A stretch of 64,000 bases of DNA from Promethearchaeia archaeon (GCA_029856155.1 JAHQWL010000072.1:58683-122682); one strand, 5' to 3'. Shown: positions 1-10,791, counted from the first letter of the stretch. Made by a program: numbers and translations. Notes: generated by a model not told the origin, from the sequence alone.

Positions 1-2643
1 ATAGAAGGGTTATCTCCCGCAATCGCAATTGAGCAAAAACCACTTTCAAAGAACCCAAGAAGTACGGTTGGTACTGTAACTGAAATATACGATTACTACA
101 GATTATTATATGCTAATATTGGTATCCCTCATTGTCCTAATTGTAGGAAAGAAATAAGACCACAGACACCACAGCAAATCATTCAACAAGTATTAAATTC
201 AATTGAAGAGAATAAAAAATTTATGATTAAAGCTCCTGTTATACGAGATAGAAAAGGAGAATACAAAGAGCTTTTACAAGATTTAAAGAAGCAAGGATAC
301 GTAAGAGTAGAAGTCGATGGGATTCAATATACATTAGATGAGGATATCTCTATGGAAAAAAACGTGAAGCACAATATCAATGTCATAATTGACAGATTAG
401 TTATGCGCAAGGATATTAAGACACGACTAGCTGATTCTATAGAAAATGCATTAGAGTTAACAGATGGTTTAGTTATTGTTGATGTTATTGAAGATGAGCA
501 GCATATTTTCTCCGAACATCTCGCATGTATTGATTGTGGAATATCTTTTCCTCCCTTAGATCATAAAATGTTTTCATTTAACATTCCGCATGGAAGTTGT
601 AAATATTGTAGTGGTTTAGGAAATGTTATGGAATTTGATTATGAATTACTTTTAGGAAATGATCTAGACATTCCACTTGAGGAGACCTCTATTAGAGATA
701 TTCCTGGTTTTGGATCTTCAAACGGCTATTCTTGGCAAACAATAGTGCAAGTTGCCAAACACTATGGATTTGACACGGATAAAACACCAATTAAAAATAT
801 CGACTCAACAAAACTTCATAAAATATTATATGGTACTGAAAATGAATCAATTGATTTTCATTTTGAGAGTGAAAATAATGACTATAAAAACCATAATGGA
901 GATTTCAAATCTTCTTGGCAAGTTGTAAGACCTTTCGAGGGAATAATTCCAATATTGCAAAGACGATACATGGAAACTCGTTCAGAGTGGGCTCGTGAAG
1001 TTTATGAAAGTTTTATGAATAGGATAAATTGCCCACAGTGTGATGGACAAAGATTAAAACCAGAAAGTTTAGCAGTGACAATTAATAACCTCAATATTGC
1101 TGAATTATCTGCTTTATCTGTAAAAGATTCTTTAAAATTTTGTAAAGAATTAAATTTAACAGAAACTGAAAAGATAATCGTTAAAGAAGTGTTAAAAGAA
1201 ATATTAGATAGATTATCTTTCCTTGAAAATGTAGGATTAGATTATATTTCATTAAACCGTCGATCTGATACATTATCCATTGGAGAAGCAGAAAGAATTC
1301 GACTAGCTACACAATTAGGGTCTAGCTTAGTAGGTGTATTATATGTTTTAGATGAACCTAGTATAGGACTTCATCAAAGAGATATTAATCGTCTTATCAA
1401 TATGTTAAAAAAATTAAGAGATCTAGGGAATACTGTTATTGTAGTTGAACACGATGAGGCAATAATGCGTAGTGCAGATCATATTATTGATTTAGGGCCA
1501 TTAGCAGGTGAGAAGGGGGGTGAAATAGTTGCTGAAGGACCAATTGATTTTATAATCAATTCCAGGACTTTAACTGGAGATTATCTATCAGGAAAAAAGA
1601 AAATAATAATTCCCAAAAATAGACGGGAAATACACAAAGATTTTATTGAAATAAAAGGAGCAAACGAGAATAATTTAAAACATATCGATGTAAAAATTCC
1701 TTTAGGAGTATTTACTTGTATAACAGGAGTTTCTGGAGCAGGAAAAACTAGTCTAATTATTGATTGTTTATATAAAGGACTCCATAATCTAATAAATACA
1801 CGGAGTTCAAAAATTAGTGAAGGAAAGTATGATAAGATTATAGGTTATGAAAAAATTGATAAAATTATTAATATAGACCAATCCCCAATAGGAAGAACTC
1901 CCAGATCGGTTCCAGCAACATATACAAAAGCGTTAGACTATATTAGAGAAATCTTTGCTGGATTACCCGAAGCAAGAGAAAGAGGTTATAAAAAGGGGCG
2001 ATTTAGTTTTAATACTAAAGATGGACATTGCAAAAAGTGTAAAGGAACGGGATATATACTTAAAGAAATGTATTTCTTACCTGATGTGTATATAAAATGT
2101 GATTTATGTAAAGGAAAAAGATATAATACTGAAACATTGGAGGTTAAATATCGAGGGAAATCAATCTATGAGATTTTGAGGATGACTTTTCATCAAGCAT
2201 TAGAATTTTTTGATAGTTATCCTAATTTAAAAAGAACTCTAAAGACAGTAGTAGATGTTGGATTGGGTTATTTAGAATTAGGGCAGTCGTCTACAACTTT
2301 AAGTGGAGGAGAATCTCAACGCTTAAAGATTGCGAGGGAATTGAGAAAAACAAGCACGGGAAACACCCTTTATATCTTAGATGAACCAACTACGGGTTTA
2401 TCTTCTTATGACATAAATTTCTTGCTTAAAGTACTTCAAAAACTTGTAAATAAAGGAAATACTGCTATTATTATTGAACATAACATGGATATTATAAAGT
2501 CAGTTGATTATATTATTGATCTTGGACCTGAAGGAGGAGAGAAAGGAGGAAATGTTATAGTAAAAGGAACTCCAGAAGAAATAATAAGCAATAATTCATC
2601 TTTCACAGCTAAATATTTAAAAAAATATCTTAATAATAATTAA
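1..2643 (+). CDS. uvrA: Excinuclease ABC subunit A (5' end lies outside the window)
   Basis: Frame is open from base 1 (IEGLSPAIAIEQK...NPRSTVGTVTEIYDY); Zn-finger CxxC pairs; two ABC cassettes (LSIGEAERI..LDEPSIGLH; GVSGAGKT, LSGGE..LDEPTTGL). Confidence 0.97.
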   Translation: MEGLSPAIAIEQKPLSKNPRSTVGTVTEIYDYYRLLYANIGIPHCPNCRKEIRPQTPQQIIQQVLNSIEENKKFMIKAPVIRDRKGEYKELLQDLKKQGYVRVEVDGIQYTLDEDISMEKNVKHNINVIIDRLVMRKDIKTRLADSIENALELTDGLVIVDVIEDEQHIFSEHLACIDCGISFPPLDHKMFSFNIPHGSCKYCSGLGNVMEFDYELLLGNDLDIPLEETSIRDIPGFGSSNGYSWQTIVQVAKHYGFDTDKTPIKNIDSTKLHKILYGTENESIDFHFESENNDYKNHNGDFKSSWQVVRPFEGIIPILQRRYMETRSEWAREVYESFMNRINCPQCDGQRLKPESLAVTINNLNIAELSALSVKDSLKFCKELNLTETEKIIVKEVLKEILDRLSFLENVGLDYISLNRRSDTLSIGEAERIRLATQLGSSLVGVLYVLDEPSIGLHQRDINRLINMLKKLRDLGNTVIVVEHDEAIMRSADHIIDLGPLAGEKGGEIVAEGPIDFIINSRTLTGDYLSGKKKIIIPKNRREIHKDFIEIKGANENNLKHIDVKIPLGVFTCITGVSGAGKTSLIIDCLYKGLHNLINTRSSKISEGKYDKIIGYEKIDKIINIDQSPIGRTPRSVPATYTKALDYIREIFAGLPEARERGYKKGRFSFNTKDGHCKKCKGTGYILKEMYFLPDVYIKCDLCKGKRYNTETLEVKYRGKSIYEILRMTFHQALEFFDSYPNLKRTLKTVVDVGLGYLELGQSSTTLSGGESQRLKIARELRKTSTGNTLYILDEPTTGLSSYDINFLLKVLQKLVNKGNTAIIIEHNMDIIKSVDYIIDLGPEGGEKGGNVIVKGTPEEIISNNSSFTAKYLKKYLNNN

Positions 2644-2768
2644 TTCCTCTTTTGAATTCAAATATTACTATAATTTTAAAATAAAATTCTAAACCAAAGG
2701 AATATAATTTTATATTAATAGTAATTATCAGATGGATTTAAATTTCTAAGTGAAATTCGTGATATAAA

Positions 2769-4574
2769 ATGACTGAAGTTGATAGTAAGATTATTCGAGC
2801 TCCAATTGTTTGTATTCTTGGTCATATAGACCACGGAAAAACCACTATACTAGATTATATAAGAGGTACAGTTGTACAACAAAGAGAAGCAGCAGGAATT
2901 ACTCAACATATAGGTGCTTCTTATTTTCCAACTAAAGACATTAGAGAATTTTTAAGAAAATCTAGACAAGAATTCGCTGAAAAAGAAATTAAACTTCCAG
3001 GGATATTAGTTATAGATACACCAGGTCATGCTGCTTTCTTGAACCTCCGAAGAAGAGGTGGTGCTGTTGCTGATATCGCAATTTTAGTAATAGATGTCAC
3101 TGCTGGTACTATGCCTATAACGTGGGAATCTGTGCGTATTTTAAAAGAGAGAAAAACACCCTTCGTGATTGCAGCCAATAAAATAGATAGAATTTCTGGA
3201 TGGAAATCGACTAAAGATGCTGATTTTTTAGATTCTTATAATTCTCAAAAGCCTCATGTTAAAGATTTCTTGGATGAGAAGATATTGCAAATAATAGGAA
3301 ATTTCTTAGAAGAAGGGTTCAAAGGAATCGATCGCTATGATAAAATAAAAGATTTTACTAAGAAAATTGCAATTATACCGACAAGTGGTAAAACAGGAGA
3401 GGGTATTTCAACACTATTAATGATCTTGATGGGATTAGTTCAGCAATATTTAACCACAAATCTTCGATTCTCTGAGGGGGCTGCTAAAGGTGTTGTGCTT
3501 GAAGTTAAAAAGGAAAAAGGGCAAGGAAAGACCATGGATGTTCTTATATATGATGGCATAATTCATAAAGGAGATGAATTTATAGTAGGAGGGTTAGAAA
3601 AACCTATTAAATCGAAAGCAAGAGCTTTATTAATTCCAAAACCCTTAGATGAAATACGAGACCCTAGACAAAAATTTGATTCTGTTGATGTGATTAGTGC
3701 TGCAGCTGGTATTAAAATCCTTGCTCCAAATATTGAGGATGTGGTAGCAGGGTCTCCATTCAGAGGTATTACAGATACTTCAGAAGTAGAATCAGTATTT
3801 AAGGAAATTGAATCTGAAGTAGAAAGTATTAGGATAAAAACTGATAAAGCGGGGGTAGTCTTAAAAGCAGATACTTTAGGTTCTCTTGAAGCCCTCGAAA
3901 ACCACTTTACAAAAAGTGGTGTAAAAATCAGTATTGCAGATGTTGGACCAATAAAAAAAGAAGATATAATTAATGCTAACATCGTCAAACAATTGGACCC
4001 ATATTCCGCCGCAGTCTTAGGTTTTAATGTTCCAATATTACCTGAAGCTAATGAACAAGCAATTAATGATAATATAAGAATTTTTACAAATAATGTTATA
4101 TATCGTTTACTAGAAGAATATATTGAGTATGCAGAAACAAGAAAAGCAGAAGATACTGCTAAAGGGTTAAGTGAACTAATTTTGCCGGCTAAGATGAAAA
4201 TGTTTCCGGAATTTATATTTCGAAATTCAGATCCCGCAGTATTTGGAGTACGTATTGAGGCAGGAACATTATATCCTAAAGTCCCACTAATTACAGACAA
4301 AGGCAAAAGAATCAGAAGGGTACATCAAATTCAAGATAAAGGTCAAACAATTGAGAAAGCCCCTAAAGATTCAGAAGTCGCAATTTCTATCCGTGGCATT
4401 GAGATAGGACGAGATTTAGAAAAAGATGAAACTCTTCATGTCAATATTCCAGAATCTCATGTTAGGCAATTAATGGGAAGATTTATTGATGAATTAACTT
4501 TAGATCAAAAACAAGCCTTAAAAGATTTTATTGATTTGATGCGAAAAATAAACCATCCCTGGTGGGGAATGTAG
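2769..4574 (+). CDS. infB: Translation initiation factor aIF5B (IF-2)
   Basis: RAPIVCILGHIDHGKTT, GITQHIGA, DTPGH, NKID, KADTLGSLEAL; about 600 aa, the archaeal size. Confidence 0.96.
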   Translation: MTEVDSKIIRAPIVCILGHIDHGKTTILDYIRGTVVQQREAAGITQHIGASYFPTKDIREFLRKSRQEFAEKEIKLPGILVIDTPGHAAFLNLRRRGGAVADIAILVIDVTAGTMPITWESVRILKERKTPFVIAANKIDRISGWKSTKDADFLDSYNSQKPHVKDFLDEKILQIIGNFLEEGFKGIDRYDKIKDFTKKIAIIPTSGKTGEGISTLLMILMGLVQQYLTTNLRFSEGAAKGVVLEVKKEKGQGKTMDVLIYDGIIHKGDEFIVGGLEKPIKSKARALLIPKPLDEIRDPRQKFDSVDVISAAAGIKILAPNIEDVVAGSPFRGITDTSEVESVFKEIESEVESIRIKTDKAGVVLKADTLGSLEALENHFTKSGVKISIADVGPIKKEDIINANIVKQLDPYSAAVLGFNVPILPEANEQAINDNIRIFTNNVIYRLLEEYIEYAETRKAEDTAKGLSELILPAKMKMFPEFIFRNSDPAVFGVRIEAGTLYPKVPLITDKGKRIRRVHQIQDKGQTIEKAPKDSEVAISIRGIEIGRDLEKDETLHVNIPESHVRQLMGRFIDELTLDQKQALKDFIDLMRKINHPWWGM

Positions 4575-4582
4575 ACAATTTT

Positions 4583-6040
4583 ATGTCCTCAATTAATGAA
4601 ATCTTTTTCGAAGTGTTAAAGGAAATTATTCCAACTCAAAAAGAAATAGCTTTAATTAATGGTATAACTGAAAAATTAAAAAATCTATTAACTAATAAAG
4701 CAAATGAATTACAAATTAAATATACAACAATAGAACCTCAAGGTTCAACTGGAATCAAACAAACACAATTAAAAGATGATTTCGATATTGATCTTTTCAT
4801 AGGTTTAGATTACAACCAATATAAACCAAATTATAAAGGTCTAAGCAAAAATAAATTAAAAAAGGAATCCAAAAAAGATTTTTTAAAGTTGTGTAATAAT
4901 TGGATTCTTCCAAGTTTAACCTTACACGAATTTTATAAACCACGTCTTTTATATGCTGAACATCCATATATTACTGTAAATTATCTTTTAGATGATATAA
5001 AAGTCAAGATCGATATTGTTATGTATTTTGAGTTAGATTTGGAATACATTAATAAGAATGGTCCTATTACTGCGGTTGATAGATCTCCATTACATGGCTG
5101 TTTTGTTAGAGATGAGTTAAATTCTACCCAGAAAAATGAAGTAAGGCTTTTAAAGCAGTTCTTTAAATCTTGTTATTGTTATGGTGATAAGAGCCCAGTA
5201 GGAAAGGTAGGATTCATAGGTTATAGCGCAGAACTATTAATTTATTATTTTAAAAACCTAATCAATCTCTTTAAAAATTTTAATAAATTAAATTCAAATC
5301 CACTTGATTATTTTAAAAGAACTGAGGAAGAATTAAGTAATGTTACCCACTTTCAGAATGAATATCTTATTATCATAGATCCCATCGATAGAAATCGAAA
5401 TGTTGCTTCGGCGATATCTGAAAGAGCATATAAATATTGTAATTATAAAATTGGTGAATTTCTAAAAAAGCCAAATTTAGAATTTTTTAAAATTAAACCA
5501 ATTCCAAAAGCAGATTTATCTAATAAACGAGATCCTCTACTCTTACTTATATATATCGTTGAATTACAAAATATTAACAAAGAAATTCATTATACAATTA
5601 ATAGAGATAAATTATACTCTCTAAGCGAAAGTCTTAAAGCAAATGGAGAGAAAGAATTTTCACATGTTGAACGCTTTGGAAAGATAATTTATGAAGTCTA
5701 TTTCGAAGAAGAGAATGATCAATACAATGTGGCTATCTATTGCGAAAAACCTAAAATCTCCGAAACTTATATTCGTAAAGGACCACCCATTACAGAAGAA
5801 AAACACGTTGTTAATTTTAAGAAAAAAAATCCAGAATATTTTGAAAAAGAAGGTTATTTATGGGTAGAAACTACTAGAGAATTTATCGAATTTTCTGTTT
5901 TTCTAAAGAATTTTGTTAAAAATAAAATTCCTGATAATTTTAAGATATCTAATATCTCATCTGCATTTCACACGTTAAGTTCTTCAGGAAAAAAAGCAAT
6001 ATATATATTAAAAAATATGATTTTACCTTTGTATTTATAA
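4583..6040 (+). CDS. cca: Class I CCA-adding tRNA nucleotidyltransferase
   Basis: QGSTG..T.L..DFDIDLF nucleotidyltransferase motif, YAEHPY, TAVDRS, EVRLLKQF, GFIGYSAELL, DPIDRNRNVA. ATG 4583 preferred over the overlapping GTG 4562. Confidence 0.9.
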   Translation: MSSINEIFFEVLKEIIPTQKEIALINGITEKLKNLLTNKANELQIKYTTIEPQGSTGIKQTQLKDDFDIDLFIGLDYNQYKPNYKGLSKNKLKKESKKDFLKLCNNWILPSLTLHEFYKPRLLYAEHPYITVNYLLDDIKVKIDIVMYFELDLEYINKNGPITAVDRSPLHGCFVRDELNSTQKNEVRLLKQFFKSCYCYGDKSPVGKVGFIGYSAELLIYYFKNLINLFKNFNKLNSNPLDYFKRTEEELSNVTHFQNEYLIIIDPIDRNRNVASAISERAYKYCNYKIGEFLKKPNLEFFKIKPIPKADLSNKRDPLLLLIYIVELQNINKEIHYTINRDKLYSLSESLKANGEKEFSHVERFGKIIYEVYFEEENDQYNVAIYCEKPKISETYIRKGPPITEEKHVVNFKKKNPEYFEKEGYLWVETTREFIEFSVFLKNFVKNKIPDNFKISNISSAFHTLSSSGKKAIYILKNMILPLYL

Positions 6041-6122
6041 TTTTAAAAATTAATTTATAGATGCAGATTCTTAATTTAATTAGTATAATTTTAAGATCTA
6101 ATTGAAAATTGGTGTAAAGTAA

Positions 6123-6461
6123 ATGGTCTCTGTTATAGATCCTGAAAATTTAAGTGTTTTAAAAGAAATTGCTGGTTTCTTGAAAGTTACAGCCGACAAA
6201 ATGCATAACTTTGGAAAATCCTTAACTAAAGCTATAGAAAAAATAGAAAAATTTGAGACTCAAAAATCAGAAGAAAAAGATTTAACAATTAATAAAAAAT
6301 TAATCCCGAAAATTGGACCTCCTAAAAAAATAGAGTTGAAAGAACCCTTGCCCCCTAAACCTAAAGAAATCTCCTCATTAAAACCTCTGAATGAACAACT
6401 ATTAAATCCACCTCAAAAAGAAGAAAAGTTTTTCTATTTTTGGAACTTTAGATCCGGATGA
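6123..6461 (+). CDS. Hypothetical protein (helical N-terminus, Pro/Lys-rich tail)
   Basis: ATG preceded by GGTG; 112-aa ORF co-oriented with its neighbours. Confidence 0.6.
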   Translation: MVSVIDPENLSVLKEIAGFLKVTADKMHNFGKSLTKAIEKIEKFETQKSEEKDLTINKKLIPKIGPPKKIELKEPLPPKPKEISSLKPLNEQLLNPPQKEEKFFYFWNFRSG

Positions 6462-6670
6462 ATTGTAAATCTGAATCATTAACTGATGTTACTCACTTCT
6501 AGAAATTGATATACTAAAAGCGCAAGATATTATAAATTTTGCAGCAATAGTGAAAAATTATAGAACTGTTGTTTTATTGCTGAAATTCATAAAATTTTTA
6601 TGATTTCTCGTATTCATTTCTTTAACTATAACATAAGAATTAATTATAATTAGTAAGATGTGAACAATTA

Positions 6671-8923
6671 ATGGTTAAAGTGAAAAACCCAGACGAAATC
6701 GCTAAACTGGTTACTTCTGGCTCTTATGAAAAGAAAAGGATATTCAGTATCACAGCTCACATTGATCACGGTAAAACCACTGCTACAGACTACCTGCTTC
6801 GTAGAGCTGGACTTATGAGGCCTGAAGATGCAGGTCAACTTCAGATGACCGATTCAGACGATGAAGAACAAGAAAGAGGAATTACCATTTTTACCTCTGT
6901 AGTATTACTTGCGTTCCAAGATCCGAGAAAAACAGATGATGATGAACCATATATTATTCAGCTCAATGATACTCCAGGTCATATCTCTTTTACAGGAGAG
7001 GTCTCAAGAGCATTGAGAGGAAGTGATGGAGCAATAATATTAGTAGATGCTCTTGAGGGAGTTATGACTCAAACTGAAACGAATATTAGGTTATCCGTTG
7101 GTGAAGAATACTGTAAACCTGTTCTTTTTATCAATAAAGTTGATAGATTAATCAGCGAATTAAAATTAAGTCCCCAAGATACTTTTGCAAAAATCGATAA
7201 AATTACACGAGAAGTCAATGAGTTAATTAGAAGGGTCAGACCCGAGGGATCAGACTGGACAATTGATTTTGCAAAGAACTCCGTAGCGATAGGTTCCGCA
7301 AAGCATGGTTGGGGGTTTACGTATGAGATTTTATTGGAGAAGGGGCTAAAACCTCAAGATGTTTTTGCTAAATATAATGAGGGAGATATACAATGGTTAA
7401 GGGATAACTTACCCTTAGATGAGCCAATGTTAAGAATGATAGTTGATCATCTTCCGGATCCTATTACCGCTTCTAATTATAGAATCCCTCATATATGGGG
7501 AGGGGATTTAAAATCAGAGCTAGGACAAGCACTTCAAAAAAGCGATCCAAATGGTCCCCTATATGGAATGATTACTAAAATTTTCCTTGATCCTAAAAGA
7601 AATTATCAACCTACCCTTATAGGTCGTGTTTTTTCGGGTACATTTGATCAAACTGATTCAATTTACCTAATAAATAGTGATTCAAGCAATCGAGTGAAAA
7701 GGTTAGGTGTTATGGAAATCACCGACATTTTAGATATTCCTAAAATTCCAGCAGGAAATCTATTTGCATTATTTGGTTTTATTTGTCCTTCTGGCGAGAC
7801 TTTTATGTTATCCAATGATGTCCCTAAAGATAAAGAAGAAAAGAAGAGATTACCCTCTTTTGAAAAAATTCATTATGCTTGTGAAGCTGTTGTCTCAAGA
7901 AGTATAAAACCGAAGGATCCACATGAAATTGATAAATTGGATGATATTGTAAGCAAATGGTTAAAAGCTGATCCTACTGCAGAATATAGGAGGGATCAAG
8001 AGTCGGGTGAATTTATCCTTTCAGGGATAGATCCCCTCCAAATCGAGATCCTTGTCAAGAGAATTAATAATCAAGTTCAAATTAATATTGGAGAACCAAT
8101 TATCGTTTATCGAGAAAAAATAACACAAAAGAGTCCAGATTATTATACTAAATCTGCAAACACTCACAATCGGATATTATTGTATATTGAACCACTGGAT
8201 GAAACAACTGAAAGATTAATTGAAACTGGTAAAGTAAATGATTTACAAAATGATAAAGATAGAGCAACAATACTTAGGGAAGAAGCGGGATGGGATGCAA
8301 AAGAAGCAAGACGTATCGTCGATGTATATCATGGAAGTGCTCTTGTAAACGGTACTAGTGGATTACAGAGATTTGACCGTGTTAAATCCTATTTGAGTGC
8401 TGCTTTTAGGGATTGGCTTGGAGATTGTATTATTGCAAAAGAACCTGCTACTGGAATTAAAGTAGTATTTACAGATATGACAATCCATGAAGATCCGAGA
8501 CATACGTCCTATGGACAGATTGCAGGAATGGCGTTTTCAGCGATGTCCTTAGCTATGTTAGACGCAAAACCTCATCTCTTTGAACCGATTCAGAAGATCG
8601 ACATAAAAACACCCCAAGGAAGTGAAGGAGGTGTAACAGCAGTCATAACTAAGCGAAGAGGTCGAATTACTAATGTCATCCCTGAAGGAGAATATGTAAG
8701 AATTCAAGGGCAAATTCCTGCTGCTGAAACAATTGGAATTGCAGACGATATTAGAGGTTCAACTCAAGGAAGGGCATTTTTCGGATATGAATTCAAGGGA
8801 TTTGAAAAGGTTCCTCCCTCTTTAGAAGAAGATCTTATTATGGAAATTCGTAGAAGAAAGGGAATGCCTGAAGAAATGCCTTCCAGAAAGAGTTGGGAGC
8901 GATTTATTTACAAAAGAACCTAA
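6671..8923 (+). CDS. fusA: Elongation factor EF-2 family, probably the Asgard paralog aEF-2p
   Basis: AHIDHGKTT, ERGITI, DTPGH, NKVD, IRGSTQGR; diphthamide loop reads HEDPRHTS instead of H..A.HRG; not next to rpsL/rpsG. Confidence 0.9.
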   Translation: MVKVKNPDEIAKLVTSGSYEKKRIFSITAHIDHGKTTATDYLLRRAGLMRPEDAGQLQMTDSDDEEQERGITIFTSVVLLAFQDPRKTDDDEPYIIQLNDTPGHISFTGEVSRALRGSDGAIILVDALEGVMTQTETNIRLSVGEEYCKPVLFINKVDRLISELKLSPQDTFAKIDKITREVNELIRRVRPEGSDWTIDFAKNSVAIGSAKHGWGFTYEILLEKGLKPQDVFAKYNEGDIQWLRDNLPLDEPMLRMIVDHLPDPITASNYRIPHIWGGDLKSELGQALQKSDPNGPLYGMITKIFLDPKRNYQPTLIGRVFSGTFDQTDSIYLINSDSSNRVKRLGVMEITDILDIPKIPAGNLFALFGFICPSGETFMLSNDVPKDKEEKKRLPSFEKIHYACEAVVSRSIKPKDPHEIDKLDDIVSKWLKADPTAEYRRDQESGEFILSGIDPLQIEILVKRINNQVQINIGEPIIVYREKITQKSPDYYTKSANTHNRILLYIEPLDETTERLIETGKVNDLQNDKDRATILREEAGWDAKEARRIVDVYHGSALVNGTSGLQRFDRVKSYLSAAFRDWLGDCIIAKEPATGIKVVFTDMTIHEDPRHTSYGQIAGMAFSAMSLAMLDAKPHLFEPIQKIDIKTPQGSEGGVTAVITKRRGRITNVIPEGEYVRIQGQIPAAETIGIADDIRGSTQGRAFFGYEFKGFEKVPPSLEEDLIMEIRRRKGMPEEMPSRKSWERFIYKRT

Positions 8924-8924
8924 A

Positions 8925-8950
8925 TTCTTTTTTCTATTGTTATTTTTTTA
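8925..8950 (+). terminator. T-rich archaeal terminator-like tract after EF-2
   Basis: T-runs begin within a few bases of the stop at 8923. Confidence 0.4.
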
Positions 8951-8998
8951 TTAAATTATAAATAAGTTCTATTAATTGTTTATAATCAGATTCAAAAT

Positions 8999-9270
8999 TC
9001 AAACTTTATCCTCTATAATGACCACTATTCCACTGTAAAATTGAAATTCACCTATAAATGCAAATCGAGCACCAGTGATAGTATTAGGCCCTAACTTTCA
9101 TACAATTTTCTTCAATTTATTTGGAATATAAAAGGCTCATTATGCATGTTTTTGAAAACCGGATGGAGCATCATGTTCGATTTTTACCCTCCCTATTTTT
9201 TTGATAATCCTCTTTCCTAGAATATTGTCAGTATCACTAATTAAAAGATCATCCACCTTTTTTTTTCCAT
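8999..9270 (-). pseudogene. YbjQ/UPF0145-like pseudogene
   Basis: Manual translation: VDDLLISDTDNILGKRIIKKIGRV...HA**AFYIPNKLKKIV*KLGPNTITGARF...SGIVVIIEDKV*; start ATG is out of frame across an A9 run. Confidence 0.55.
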
Positions 9271-9379
9271 CTTAATATAAATAGCTTAATGTCAAAGAGA
9301 GTGTTTCAAAGAAAAAGTATAATAAAAAATCATGCGAAAAAAACCGACAACAAGAGTGATAGAGCGGTTTAAGTTAAGA

Positions 9380-9952
9380 TTAAGAAAAGTCTGAAATTTT
9401 AGCAATTGTATATAACTTCTTGACAAGTACCTTAAAGGCATCAGTCACTCCTTGCCCTGTCAATGCACTCGTTTTATAATACCCAACAAATCTATTATCC
9501 TTCGTATATTGTTCCACATTTACATCAGAAGTAGATAAACCCGGATTTGAGCTTAAAGCTGCCGCAGCAACTAAATCTACTTTATTTCCAAATAAAACCA
9601 TTGGAATATTTCCACAATGCTTTTTTAGATCATCAAGCCATCGAGCAACATGGTCATAACTCTGAACTTGTTCTGGAGCGTGAGAAAAGACAATTATGGC
9701 CCCACTACTCCCTGTATAGAACCTTTGACGTAATGCTTGAAACTGATCTTGACCTGCAATGTCCCAAAGATACAATTCAACTTTTTCTCCATCAACATTT
9801 TCTTCATATTTAGAGAATTGTGTACCTAAAGTTGCTATATACTCCTTTTGAAAAGACCCTTGAGTATATCTTTTAATTAATGAGGTTTTACCAACTGCTC
9901 CATCCCCTACAACTGTGATTTTAAATCCATATCCTTTCTCGTCAGCACTCAT
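9380..9952 (-). CDS. Rab-like small GTPase
   Basis: GDGAVGKT, YIATLG, WDIAGQ, GNKVD, TSA; no C-terminal Cys motif. Confidence 0.93.
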   Translation of the reverse strand: MSADEKGYGFKITVVGDGAVGKTSLIKRYTQGSFQKEYIATLGTQFSKYEENVDGEKVELYLWDIAGQDQFQALRQRFYTGSSGAIIVFSHAPEQVQSYDHVARWLDDLKKHCGNIPMVLFGNKVDLVAAAALSSNPGLSTSDVNVEQYTKDNRFVGYYKTSALTGQGVTDAFKVLVKKLYTIAKISDFS

Positions 9953-10236
9953 TTGATTAAACCATCCATCTAAATTTAATATCCCTTTTTTATATAGTAA
10001 TGGTCAGATATTTTAAATTTTTACAATAGAATATCCCATTCAAATTATTATCAATCATATCAAGTATCTAAAATTAAAATATTTATGTTATCTCTATATT
10101 TTAAAAGAATTTTTAGTCTGAATCTAGAAATTAATTCGTATAATAGGATATTGATAACATAGTGTATGCAAAAATAAGAATTTGATTATTATTAATTCTT
10201 TATTTTAGTAAATATGATAAAAATATATAGTAATTT

Positions 10237-10791
10237 TCATAGAGTTGCTCGTTGATATAATTTCTTAACTTAACTCTGAAAGGCATCTTTTACCCCTTGA
10301 CGCGTTAAAGCACTTGTTCTGTAGTATTCCATAATGTTATGATCTTGGGCAAATTGCTGAACATGAATATCTGAAGTTTTATAATTTGGACTAGTCTCTA
10401 ATGCATTTTGATCAACTAAATCCGCTTTATTTCCAAGTAATACTATGGGTATTCTCCCACAGGTGTCTTTTATGTTTGATAACCACTTATGAATATTATG
10501 ATAAGTCTCAATTTCTTCGGGAGCAAGAGAAAATACAATAATAGCTCCACTACTTCCTAGATAAAATTTTTCACGTAAGGATATAAATGATTCTTGGCCC
10601 GCTAAATCCCATAAAAATAATTCAACCATTTCGATCTGTATTTTTTCTTCATATCTCGAAAATTGCATACCTAATGTAGAAATATAATCTCTTTCAAATG
10701 TATTTGTTGTATATCTTTTAATTAGCGAAGTTTTCCCGACAGCACCATCACCAACAACGGTTATTTTAAAACCAAAAGCTTTATCGCTCAT
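10237..10791 (-). CDS. Rab-like small GTPase, tandem paralog with a premature TAA at 10270-10272
   Basis: GDGAVGKT, WDLAGQ, GNKAD, TSA; after the TAA the same frame continues VKKLYQRATL* and matches the paralog's VKKLY. Confidence 0.85.

Noticed and set aside
3563-4306. 247-aa antisense ORF, and similar shadow ORFs (e.g. 28055-28576, 35207-35887, 37785-38138, 43426-43752, 61723-62013)
   Set aside because: They lie almost entirely antisense to well-supported genes and have no motifs of their own
6410-6468. Possible frameshift giving an alternative C-terminus (KKKSFSIFGTLDPDEL) for ORF 6123
   Set aside because: Looks protein-like, but no homolog is available to decide and both frames end nearby
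6542-6607. Two imperfect inverted repeats upstream of the EF-2 gene
   Set aside because: Short and AT-rich; chance occurrence cannot be excluded without conservation data
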